Of a DNA stretch of 64,000 bases, positions 33,246-43,908 are shown piece by piece (the first letter of the stretch is position 1; the number at the start of each line of letters is the position of its first letter). Source of the stretch: Rebecca billardiae RCC1528 (lineage: Eukaryota; Protista; Haptophyta); contig OZ251249.1 of the NCBI GenBank assembly GCA_965240325.2, positions 496,001 through 560,000 on the forward strand, in the 5' to 3' direction. The translations under genes and the position numbers were made by a program. The notes beneath the pieces are model-generated. The model ran no database searches. It was not told the DNA's origin and saw nothing but the letters and a program-made list of their open reading frames with translations.

Positions 33246-34234
33246 CACTACTATAACTGGCTAAGCAGCGGGTACATACTACATCACGTAGTCCGCCGCG
33301 AGAGTCACTCTGACTGACGAGTGTCGAGTCAGAGCACCCTCTGACTTACTGGCTGAGCCACGGTCAGATCGCGCGGACCGCGATTGGCGGGCGCGGCACT
33401 GCTGCTGTGTCTGTGACGAATTGACGATCATGTTAGTGCGACAGTCATGTTAGCTAGTCTGCTGATATGTTAGATGCCCGCCGGCCGCCGGCAGCTGCTT
33501 CACTTGCTTGCACTGCCGTCGGGGCTCGCCAGCGGCCCAGTGGCGGAGCCGTCGCCTGGCGGCGATCTCAATCACCTAGCTATCTGATCGTAGTCGGCGT
33601 AGTAACGGTCGTCGTAGTCGTCAGCGCCATCGTCATTACGTCATTTGACATAGTATCATCGTCATCGCTGCATCATTAATGCTCATTCGTAGTAGTATAT
33701 TAAAATCGTCAGTCGTCGTCGTCAGCATGCTGGGCATCAGTATAGCCGACAGTAGTAGTATACGTATACGACTCTCTCTCACTCTCTCTCTCTCTATCAC
33801 TCTCTCTCGTCTGCTCATCTCCGTCGATCTCTCTCTCTCTCTCAGACTCTCATAGTCTCTCTCTCGTCTCAGTAGTCAGTCACGGTCTCTCTCCGTCTCT
33901 CTATGTACCGCGACTACGACGACGATGACGTACTGCTGCGATTATAACTGGCAGGCAGACAGACTAACTGCTACTACTCCGGGACGTCGTACTACTCCGC
34001 CTGATCAGATAATGATTGCTGCTGTCAGATTGCCCGATTGGGGCGCAGGTCGGCTGGCTGACCGGTGACAGGCCGCCCGCGCCGGACGACTGACTGCGCT
34101 GCAACGCCCTCCCTCCCGCACGCACTGTTTCGGTTCTACTCGCGGACCCTAGTGGTCGAGCAAGCGGGCAAGGGCGGCCGTCGGAGCCGCCCGTCGGCAG
34201 TTGAGTGGGCAGGCGGCACGAGCGGGTCGGTGGC

Positions 34235-36604
34235 TCAGATGATCCAAACGGCCGAGAACTGCACCTTCGGCCACTCCATCAGCTGGTGCTTTTTCTTCAG
34301 GCCTTCCCACACGCGTACTCGGTCATCGCGTCCCTGCAGCTTGGTGATCTCGCGCATTTGCCCTGCGTGGCGCGGTGGGTCATCGCACGCACGGCGCGCG
34401 CGGTCAGGTCCGCGCCACAGCGTCCCGCAGCTCGGCGCGGGCGGGCGGCTCGTCGCACTGCGCCCACCTGGCTTTGCGGCGTCGTGAGGGTTGATGCAAG
34501 GCACGGCGTCGGCCACCGCAACCTTGCCGTCGAGCTGTGCCGGCGTGCAATTGTGGACCTGACCGGCGCGGAGGCGCCCGGTGGCGGGATGAGATTCGCG
34601 CCGTGAGTGCCCGCAGCACGCGGCGCGTGTGCACGCACGCGCGCTCGCTGAGCGTGCACCTGCAAGAACCACCAGTCGGCGCCCCAGCCCTTGAGCGACG
34701 GGTCGAAGACGTTCATGAATCGATCGAGGGCCTGCTTCTCGAAGAGCGGGCAGGTCATCTCGATGAAGTTCGTGTATCGCAGGCTGGGCCCCACCTGCAG
34801 CCGCGTGACGGTGTGCGAGATCTTGCCCGCGGGGTCAAAGGCGGGCTGCAGCAGCCACAGGTCGAACTGCTCACGCAGCTCGAAGCAGCGGTTGATGCCT
34901 GCGGCAGGCCGTCCGCAGCGCGGGGAGGCGTCCGCGTGAGGGCGCGCGCAACCGCCGCACGGCTCGGCGCGACGGGCGCGCGCTCGGACCAACAAAAAGT
35001 GCGGCCTGTCGGCCGGGCGCACGCGGCGCGAAGGGCGGGCGCGCGCGCGCGCGCCCTCACCCGCAGCGTCGATGCCGACGTCGTCGTCCAACACCATCAC
35101 GGCGTCGTATTTGTGAATAAAGTTAGCGTGCGTCTTGTACACGTGCAGCAGATTCTCGAACTTGCCGCCCTTGTTCTCGATGTACATGTCCGCGTACTCG
35201 GCCCACCGTCGCTTCTGCGAGCCGTAGTAGACGATGCAGCAGTCCCAGGTGCGCTCGACGGCCGCCGCCCCGGCGGGCGGCCGGAACCACTTGTCGAGGA
35301 ACGACGAGTCGCCGGCGGAGGTGAAGACGAGGTACTTGCCGCGAGCAGGCCGCCCGGGCGCGGCGGGGTGCTCCGCGTGTTGCCTCTTCGACGGCGGGCC
35401 GCCCTGGCCGCCGCCGAAGCCGTGGCCATGCAGCAGGCTCGAGAGCGAGCCCTTCTTCGCGAGCGCGGACGCGCTCGCCGCCGCCTCGGCGGCCTCGCGC
35501 GCGTCGTCCGCGGGGAAGCCGGCGATGTAGGCAAACCAGCCGCAGCCGGGCTTCACCTTCACGCGCCGCGTGGTTTTGAACCAGATCTTGAGCTTGCCGG
35601 CGGGCAGCGCCTCCGACGCGCGGTACGTGAAGCCACGGCACTCGCGCGACGCGTGGCAGTACTCGACCGCCTCCTGCAGCGACATCTCGGCCGTCAGCTC
35701 GTCGTTGCCCTGCGGCATGAAGCCCTCGTGCACGCGGCCGCATGCACCGAAGGGCGGCGCGCGCGGCAGCGGGTGCACGCACGGCGCGGCCGCCGGCGCC
35801 GAGGCCTCCAGCCACGCGAGCGGCACGAACGCGGCGAAGGCGCAGTGCGCGAACTCGCGGCACTCGTGCGTGCGCGCGAGCAGCGCGCGCAGCTGGTGGC
35901 AGAGGTACGCTTCAGACGGCTGGTCCGCACCGCACACGGCAACCACGCCCCGCGTGAAGTGGGACAGCGCGCCGTCGGGCGCGAGGTGGCGCAGGGCACC
36001 CGCGGACGCTGCCGTCGGCGCCAGCGCGCCGCCGAGCAGCAGGCCGTCCACCTCCGCTGTCGGCGTCGCGTGCTGCGTGTCAAACCTGCGAGCACGTGCG
36101 CAACGCGCGCGAGAGGCTGAGATGCGCCGCCGCTGACATCGGCGCGTTGGCATCCAGCAGGGGGCGCGTATGGAGAGCAACGTGCGCGTACCACTGCGGG
36201 CGCTGGGCGACCTCTGCCGGCGCGCCTGGCGGCGGCGCCGGCGCGTTCACGAGCGGCGCATCGCGGAACGCAGAGACCACTTTGAACTGCGAGCTGAGCG
36301 CCGAGCCGAGCACGGGCGCGCCAATCTCGACAAGTGTGCTGCCCTCGCGCAGGTAGCCCTGCACAACCCTGCGCATTCACGGGGCGGGGCACCGCGATGG
36401 CGAGGGAGGGGCATCGTCTCGTGTCGAGGGACGGCGGCGAATGAGGCACGCGGAACGCTGGACGCTTGCGCGCGGGCGTCGACCGCCGAGTGGGCGGCTG
36501 TGCCGGGTGGAGGGGCGGCGGTTCAGGATACTCGCGCGGTTGCTGCGATGCGCAGCCGCATACTTTGCAGGCGTCGGCGAGCCCGACGCGGCGAATGCCG
36601 CCAT
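34235..36604 (-). CDS. DUF707-like putative glycosyltransferase preceded by a PAN/apple-like module (start uncertain)
   Basis: YDAVMVLDDD (DxD), LLQPAF, SHTVTR, FIEMTCPLF and GWGADW motifs. Upstream AVEYCHASRECRGFTY...IWFK. About 5 introns; stop at 34235. Confidence 0.75.
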
Positions 36605-36718
36605 CTGGCGAGCGCGTTGCGGGATGCGACGCCCGCAACGTCGCGTCCGGACGCGCGTTCCTGTGACCGCCTTGGTGCCTCACACCGGGCATGTAAATGA
36701 TGATGCCGGGGCGCGCTA

Positions 36719-36837
36719 CAGTTTATTTGTTTTAACGTGCGTAAACAGTACAGCCTAAAGTTTCGAGAGCGTGCGCTTGAAGGATGGCGCGGCAACCTGC
36801 CACCGTGAGCCTTACGCACGTTAAAACAAATAAACTG
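36719..36837. mobile_element. 119-bp Tc1/mariner-type MITE
   Basis: Perfect 26-bp TIRs CAGTTTATTTGTTTTAACGTGCGTAA (36719-36744 and 36812-36837) with TA on both sides. Confidence 0.93.
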
Positions 36838-37079
36838 TACAAGTAGCTCGCTCGACAAGCGTGCCGAACTGCCGAGATCATTATCTATCATCTGACGAAA
36901 GCGCCTCGTCGTCGTCGTCGAATAAAGGTACGCTAGTCGCGAGTAGTCGTACAGTTTTTAAAGCTAATAAGAATAAGAGACGCACACGGACACACAGAGT
37001 CGTCTCAGGCAGGCGAGATCGACGCCCGCCAACTTGGACGGGCGTCGCTCAAGCCGCCCTCCAACGGAGGAGCTTCGCA

Positions 37080-38114
37080 TCAGCTGGAGGCGTCGTCGTG
37101 CAAGGAAGAACTAGTCACACACGTGCGAGCAGCCACACGCGCGGCGCGGTCTGCCAGAGGGCCGACGATGCGATGCACGTCGTAGTGGTGGTTGAGCCCA
37201 CGCGCGCAGTGCACCCGCCGCACGGAGCCGAGCGCGCCGTGCGTCGGGTCAGCGATGGCGTACACGACGCGCTGGATGCGCGCGTGCAGCAGCGCCATCG
37301 CGCACATGGTGCACGGCTCCGTGCTGAGCACGGCTGTGCAGCCGGTGCACAGGTAGTCACCCGCCGGCGAGCTCGCGTCCGCAGCGTCACGGCCGGGTCG
37401 CTCGCGATTCGCCAGGTTCGTGCTCGCCACATCCGCGATGGCGCAGATCGCGGCGTGGTGCAGCGGGTGCTCGCCGCCCTCAGCGCCCACGCCCGCAGCC
37501 ACAGGGCAGCAGCGCGGGCTGGCGGCGCGGGCGGCCAGCTCGGTCTGCCCATCGGGCGCGACGATGATGGCGCCGACGCGAGGCACGCCCGCGGCGTCGG
37601 CGCGGGCGAGGCGAAGGGCACGGCGCACGTGCCTCGCCAACGTCATGCCTTCCCTGGCTGGCAGCTCGCGCGACGCCCTCGCCACTGCGGGCAGCGACGT
37701 GAGTGGCCACACCGGCTGCCACGCCGCAAACTGCGCCTGAGTGGCGGGCGCATGGCGAGGCACGCGCACTACGAAGGGCTCCAGCGCGAATGTGGCGAGC
37801 GCATCGCGCATCGGCGTGCTCCACTGCTCGACGGGGACGTCCGCCGTGCGCAGCAGCACGGTGAGCTGCGGACGTCCTCCCGCCTCCGCAGGCGCCTTCC
37901 GAACGCGCTTGAGGTGCGCCAGCTCGGGCTGCCGGGAGTGCGCGCCGAGCAGCTGGAGAAGGGCGTGCGCCTGCGACGGCTCGATGCGGCTTGCGTACGT
38001 ATCAATGAGCTCCAGCCCGCGCTCCTCCTCCTCCGAGCCAACGCGCACGACCGAGCACTCCAGATCGTCCGAATCCGAGCCCGGATCCGCCGCGCCCTCG
38101 CCGTCGTCAGACAT
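37080..38114 (-). CDS. ADAT3: tRNA-specific adenosine-34 deaminase, non-catalytic subunit (Tad3/ADAT3)
   Basis: LAHLKRVRK, VPRHAPAT..Q...W..VWP, HPLHHAA (no catalytic Glu), YLCTG, EPCTMCAMALLH and LNHHY motifs. Confidence 0.92.
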   Translation of the reverse strand: MSDDGEGAADPGSDSDDLECSVVRVGSEEEERGLELIDTYASRIEPSQAHALLQLLGAHSRQPELAHLKRVRKAPAEAGGRPQLTVLLRTADVPVEQWSTPMRDALATFALEPFVVRVPRHAPATQAQFAAWQPVWPLTSLPAVARASRELPAREGMTLARHVRRALRLARADAAGVPRVGAIIVAPDGQTELAARAASPRCCPVAAGVGAEGGEHPLHHAAICAIADVASTNLANRERPGRDAADASSPAGDYLCTGCTAVLSTEPCTMCAMALLHARIQRVVYAIADPTHGALGSVRRVHCARGLNHHYDVHRIVGPLADRAARVAARTCVTSSSLHDDASS

Positions 38115-38126
38115 CGTACCAGAGTA

Positions 38127-38729
38127 CAGGTGGATACGGGTCAACTGGACAGTGGCCGACCCAACTCACGCGGAGGCCTCTCTCGGAGCATTGGGGTCGA
38201 AGGGGCGCCAGGGACGGACTTCAGGGGGTCCCTGGAGTTCCGCCGCAGCGCGCTTTCTGCGCTGCGGGCCCGTCTCCGCGCGTGGCGGCCGCAATGGCAC
38301 TGTCCAATTAGCCCCTGGCACTGGCTGAGGCATGGGAATCGAGCTCAGAGACGCGCGCGCGGAGGAAAAGCGTGTGCATCGGCTCGGACGGTTGCTCTGG
38401 GACCTACCCACGCCAGCGCAACCGCGCCTTGCCTCGGAGTCCGCCCTTCCTGAGTCCGCGCACGCGCCTTGCGGCTTGAAACGCTGGCCGGTTCGGCCTT
38501 GTGCGCGGGACTCATGAAACAAGGCGAAGGCGGCGAGAAGCGCGACCTGGCGCGTGCGCAGACGACGTTCCACGACCAGGTGAGTTCAGCAAACATCGTG
38601 CGCCGTCGTGGCGACCCGCCAGTGGGCGCTCGTGCTCGTTCGCCCACGAGCCCTCGCCACGAGGCCCGCTGGCCCGCCGCCCGCTGAGTGTCCAGTTAGC
38701 CCCGGTGTCCAGTGACCCGTATCCACCTG
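38127..38729. mobile_element. Non-autonomous Tc1/mariner-like element (603 bp)
   Basis: TA|CAGGTGGATACGGGTCAACTGGACA pairs with TGTCCAGTGACCCGTATCCACCTG|TG (1-bp indel; right flank TG instead of TA). Internal TGTCCA(A/G)TTAGCCCC repeats near 38301 and 38689. Confidence 0.8.
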
Positions 38730-38930
38730 TGCATACGGCATGATGTTAGTTGCTGGTTTTTCGCGAGCAGTCCGCGAGACCGCGATATCTCTGCAGAGCC
38801 GCGAGCGCGGGAAAAAAGCTCCGAGCAGCGCGGGAAATCGACCGAGTCCGGTCGAATACGAATCCGGCCGAACCCCGAAACAGCGACCGTGCCAGCTGCG
38901 CGGCCGCGGGCGCGGGGCGCGACGAAAGCC

Positions 38931-39656
38931 ATGTCCACAGAGTACGAGCGCAACCGGCAGGCGCAGATCGAGCGGAACCGAGCGATGCTGGCCGAGCTTG
39001 GGTTGCTCGCTGCACGTGAGGCCATGAAGGAGTCGAACCAGCTCTCGACGCCTCCGAAAGAAAAAATTCTCCGTCCACAGCCACACGCGCTGCAGACAAA
39101 GAAGCACCTGACGCGCGGTCGCGCGCGCCAGGAGCCGCGCCGCATCACGCGTGCGCGAGCGCAAGAAGAGACCATCTCCACACCTTTGGCGTCCCACCGC
39201 GACGAGTCACCGCCCGCCATCCGCCCTGCCAAGAGGCCGAAGCGGCAGTCGGCCCAGTTCTCAGCAGGCTGTGTGCGCGCGCAGCGCATGCAGCTCGCCA
39301 ACATGGACAATGACCAGCACAACCTGGTGGAGGACCTCAAGGACTTCCTCTTCGATGCGCGCAAGCACGTGCCTTTCTGCGCTGCCATGAGCGTGTCGAA
39401 CAGCCGGGCTGTGCTCAACAAGCTGTCGCTGCTTGCCTGCGGTGCGGGCATCCACCACCCGTACAACGAGGACGCGCCCGTCTTCATGGGAGGCGAGCGG
39501 CTGCGGCTCGATGCCGATGTCGGGGCGCTCGAGGCGCGCGCGTCGCAGTGGCTCAACCGGTACGGCCAGGATCGCGGCAACGGCTGGCTCGTGATTCACC
39601 CCCTGCGCAAATTCGCGCGGTACCAGGAGTACCTCCTGTCGGACATGGCCAACTGA
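38931..39656 (+). CDS. Hypothetical 241-aa protein with N-terminal YERxRxxxIxRNxxxLxxLGL motif and a globular C-terminal domain
   Basis: Intronless, ATG at 38931. C-terminus GAGIHHP...DRGNGWLVIHPLRKF looks conserved and globular. Confidence 0.7.
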   Translation: MSTEYERNRQAQIERNRAMLAELGLLAAREAMKESNQLSTPPKEKILRPQPHALQTKKHLTRGRARQEPRRITRARAQEETISTPLASHRDESPPAIRPAKRPKRQSAQFSAGCVRAQRMQLANMDNDQHNLVEDLKDFLFDARKHVPFCAAMSVSNSRAVLNKLSLLACGAGIHHPYNEDAPVFMGGERLRLDADVGALEARASQWLNRYGQDRGNGWLVIHPLRKFARYQEYLLSDMAN

Positions 39657-40174
39657 TCCTGAACGCGCAGCTGCCAGTGGGACGCATGGTGTGCCCTGAG
39701 GCGTGCGCACAGGCCGGCGATCGGCTATTTGGCAGTGCGAACGAATGCCGGCACGAATCGGCATGCACCATCTGCGAGAGACATCTTCGTCACAGGTTCC
39801 GCCGTCGGGCTCGGGCCCCCTGCCGCATGGCACTAGCTCGTGACGGGATCACGGGCATCGCCATCCGAAGGCGCCGTCAGGCGGCGGTCAGCCCGCCGAG
39901 CGCGACTCGCGATGAGGCCCGAGGCCGAGGACTGCCGCGTAGTACTGCTATATATATATCGTCTATCAAGCTATACCTAGATCAAGCCGCCGCCAGCCAG
40001 AGGACGACTCATCAGACTGCTGATCGATGATGGCAATGCGCGCGCGTGTAATATGGCCGATGCCGAAGGCGGAAGCGGGAACGAAGGGCGGCGGCGGGGG
40101 CGTCACTGTCACAGATGACAACATCAGTCGAGTCCGAGATGACGCACGTGAGTCGTGACCCACTGCGACAGGGC

Positions 40175-41998
40175 TCAGAAGTGCGGGTGCAGCACGCAGC
40201 CGACAAGGCCGCTGCCGCTCCACGCGCGCGGTGCGAGCTGTACGGTGCGGCGCTCCACGCGCACGTCCCCCGCCGACTCGACACGCGTCACCTCCACCTG
40301 TGGCGGCGCGCACGCACGCGCGAGCGCGTGAGCACGCCGCTGCCGCGGAGCGGGCGCGCCGCGCGCACGCGCGCGCGCGCACCGGCACCGTCTCCCCCGC
40401 CGCGGCCGCGGCCTTGACGAGCGGCACGATGCTGGCCTCGATCGACGTGAAGTTCCAGCCGTCCGCGGAGCCGAAGCGCACGACGCTGTCTCCTTCGCGC
40501 AAGCCAGCGGCTTCTGCGGGCGAGCCTGCGGCGTGCCAGCGCGCGGCGCGCGTGCGGCGCGCGGACGGAGAGGAGAGCGGCTCAGCTCAGCCTGCGGCCG
40601 CGCGGAGGGAGGGGGAGGGACGGGGGCGCGCGCCGTCGCGGTGTGCGCGTGCGGCGCGCACCGGCATGCGCGGTGCCCACGACGCAGAGGCAGCGCGTGC
40701 CCTTCGCCGCGGGGTCGACGCCGTCGAACGCGACGACCAGCTGCGCTCTGCGCTCGCGCAGCGCGGTGGCGCGCTGCGCGGAGGCGGGCGAGGCCCGGGT
40801 GCCGCCCAGCTGCAGCGCGCGCAGCGCCGGCGCGCAGCCGGGCGCGTGCAGCGCGTCCAGCACCTGCGCCACGCCGCCGTCCGTCAGCGCGTTGGCCGAG
40901 AGGTCGACGGAGGTGGTGGGCGCGCACGCGCGCGAGTGCAGGCACTCGATCAGCGTCGGCACCTCCGCGTCGCCCAGCCCGAGCCCCTTGAGCGACAGCG
41001 CGCCGCGCTCGCCGTCTCCGCGCGCGCAGAAGGTGCCGAGCGCGCTGCGCAGCCGCTGTCCGCTGTCCGCGCCCGCAGCGGCTGCCAACGGCGAGGCGCG
41101 CGAGGCCGAGGCGGCGGCGCCGCTGCTGCCACCACCCGCGGCAGCGTTGGACGCCGCGGGGCTCGCGGGGCTCGACGCGCGCACGGGCACGCCCGCGGGC
41201 TTGGCGGCCGTGCCGTCGGCGGTGCCGGGCGGCGGCCGCGCGACCGGCGGCGTGCCGCCGCCGCCCGCGCGCACGCGCTCGCGCGTCGCGCGCGCCCACT
41301 CGGCGAGCGCGCGCGCGAGCCCGCGCTCAACAAGCCGCGTCGCGCACGCGCGCACGCCCGCCCCGTCCACCTCCGCGCCGAAGGGCCTGGCCGTGCTGAG
41401 CTTGAGCTCGATGGGCGGGCAGTCCTCCTCGTCGTGCGTCCACTCGCCCAGCTGCACGCTGCCGGAGAGCTCGCCCGCGCGCGCGTCCTCCTCGGCCTGC
41501 AGCCGGCGCGCGAGCGCCTCGTCGTCCTCGCCCTCCGCCGCGCCGTCCGCGGCGGGCGCGCCCGCGCTCGCGAGCGTGGCCCTCCACTTGGCGCTGAGCT
41601 CGAGCTCGTAGATGAGGAACTGCCGCCCCTTGCGGTTCAACGCCTCGACCGAGCCCTCGACGCTCACGTCCGAGAGCCGCGCGCACACGCGCACGGCGCG
41701 GCTGGCTGGGAGATCGTCGACGAGCTCGAGCGCGGAGAGCGCGCGCTTCAGCTCGTCGATGCCGCTGCGCGTCATGTCCTTGTTGGTCCAGTGCCACGCT
41801 GCAGCGTGCAAGAACGCACGCACGCGCACGCACGCGGCGCACCGCGCGGCGGGACATCGGTCGCGTGCGCGAGCGCGCGGGCGCGCAGTGGCGCGTGACA
41901 CCGCTGAGCGGCGGCGGCGCGCGCGCACCGTTGACATTGGTGCCGTCCTGCCGATCGCGGACGATCCACCGCTCGTCGCCCTCGCCGAACTTCGCCAT
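40175..41998 (-). CDS. Aha1 N-terminal domain fused to LRRs and a PSMD9/Nas2-type PDZ domain
   Basis: Exons 41998-41929, 41798-40662, 40525-40383 and 40297-40175. Motifs MAKFGEGDERWIV..NVNAWHW, NRKGR, LSLKGLGLGD/VDLSANALTD, GSPAEAAGLREGD and RAWSGSGLVGC. Confidence 0.82.
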
Positions 41999-42340
41999 GG
42001 CTTTCACGCCCAAGGTTCCGCCTGGAGCTTGTCCGGATGGAATCAGCTCTGAGTCCGGAAGAGCGACCACCTGCCGTGCGGGATTATTCGATGAATCCGT
42101 CGATGAATAGGCTTTGAATACCCGGGAGGGGTTCCGAGCGACCGGGCCGGTGGCAAAACAGGCGAACGCTTGCGCACTTTTTCTGTTTCGGGTTCGTCAG
42201 TCCGAAAGACGCACGTGGCCGCCCGCGCGGCTGTCGCTGCCAGCGAGCGGCTGCCCAGCGGCTGCGCGCCGCCTCGGCAATCGGGGCCACGGCTCTTCGG
42301 CTCGTTCGGCCCCGCAGGCAGGCAGCTCGGCACTTGAACC

Positions 42341-43184
42341 ATGGTCAGCGCAGGGCGTCGCCGCGCTGCGCGACGCTCGGCGGGCGGCAGCGGCCGTGCC
42401 GACGAGCGCTCGGGCGTGCCACCCCTGTTCGCACGCCGCCGCGGCTCGCTCGGACTCGCCTCCTGACCGTTCGCGCCTCTGCCTGCCGCGCGCGCACGCG
42501 GCGGCGCCGGCCCTTCCTTCCTTCCGCAGGCTATGCGTCGCGCGACTCCGGGGGCTGGGCGTGGGCGTGGCAAGAAGCAGGGGCTGACGGACGAGCAGAT
42601 CGAGGAGATCCGCGAGGCGTTCAACCTCTTCGACACGGATCACTCCGGTGCGCCCCGCACCCACGCGCGCGCACGCGCGCGCCGCCGGCCGCGCGCCGTG
42701 CCCAGCGGCGCGCCGCGCGCGCACGCGCGCTGCTCTGACGGGCGAGCGCACGCGCGCGCCCACGCGCACAGGCTCGATCGACTACCGCGAGCTCAAGGCC
42801 GCGATGCGCGCGCTCGGCTTCGAGGTGAAGAAGGAGGAGCTGCGCAAGATGATCCTCGACGTGGACTCTGACGGCTCGGGCCACATCGAGTTCCCCGAGT
42901 TCCTCGAGATGATGACGGGCAAGATGGGCGAGAAGGACACGCGCGAGGAGATCCTCAAGGTGTTCAAGCTCTTCGACGACGACAACACCGGCAAGATCTC
43001 CTTCCGCAACCTGAAGCGCGTCGCCAAGGAGCTCGGCGAGAACATGACGGACGAGGAGCTGCAGGACATGATTGACCAGGCCGACCGCGACGGCGACGGC
43101 GAGATCAACGCGGACGAGTTCTACCGCATCATGAAGAAGCGCGGCGACAACCCGCTGGACGACCTGCTCGACGATTCGGACTGA
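42341..43184 (+). CDS. CETN: Centrin (four EF-hands)
   Basis: Probable ATG-only first exon at 42341-42343, exon 2 from 42530, and an intron after DTDHSG. Motifs [22 protein letters not shown] and [15 protein letters not shown]. Confidence 0.95.
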
Positions 43185-43751
43185 GCACCTCGCGGGCGCC
43201 GCGCGCGCCCCGCCGAGACGGTTGTCGCGCCTGCGGGTGGCGCACTCACCGCGGCCGAGCGGGCGCGCGCGATATGCTCGCTGCGCGCGCCGCTGTGGCG
43301 CTGACGCGCACCCGCCGAGAGGAGGCGTTCCAAGCAAGCTGCTGGGTCGAGGCCGGCGGGCACCAGTGGTCTGAACGGGCGTGGGGCCGCGGCTCGCGAG
43401 CGACGGCCGTGCACCAGGCTTGGCTCGGTAGTCCCGGTCGGGTCCGTGACACGATCGGGCCAGACCTCGGAGCGGCCGGCCCGCGGCGCGCCAACTGTCG
43501 CGAGTGCTCCCGTGCTGCCTGGCAGCCGGGGCACGCGCCGTGCAGTCAGTGGCTCCCGCTGTTGCATTACTTGTGCCGTATGTCTGTTACCGCTAGCCTC
43601 GATGGATGATGAGCAGCTTGCGCATAGTCTTCTGAACGAGTCGGTGATGAGACTGTCGAGTCTCGAGGCAGCCACCGAAGTTCTAACTCTAGGCCTAGCG
43701 GCTAGAACTGATAAGGTAGTATGGCCATACTATCACGCCTTAACCAAGTGT

Positions 43752-43776
43752 GCACGTTAAATCATAGTAAACTGTA
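43752..43776. mobile_element. Degenerate solo terminus of the 36719-36837 MITE family
   Basis: GCACGTTAAATCATAGTAAACTG|TA resembles the right TIR GCACGTTAAAACAAATAAACTG|TA. Confidence 0.55.
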
Positions 43777-43908
43777 TGGGTTGAGCTAGCAATATCTGAC
43801 ACTACGCCTGGCCGCGAAAAATTCGATACAGTATCGTTCATTCAAGGGAGGTCCCTTGGTTCATTCGTACAGCGTCCCATCGGCGAAGACGGCCGGCCCG
43901 CGGTGGCG

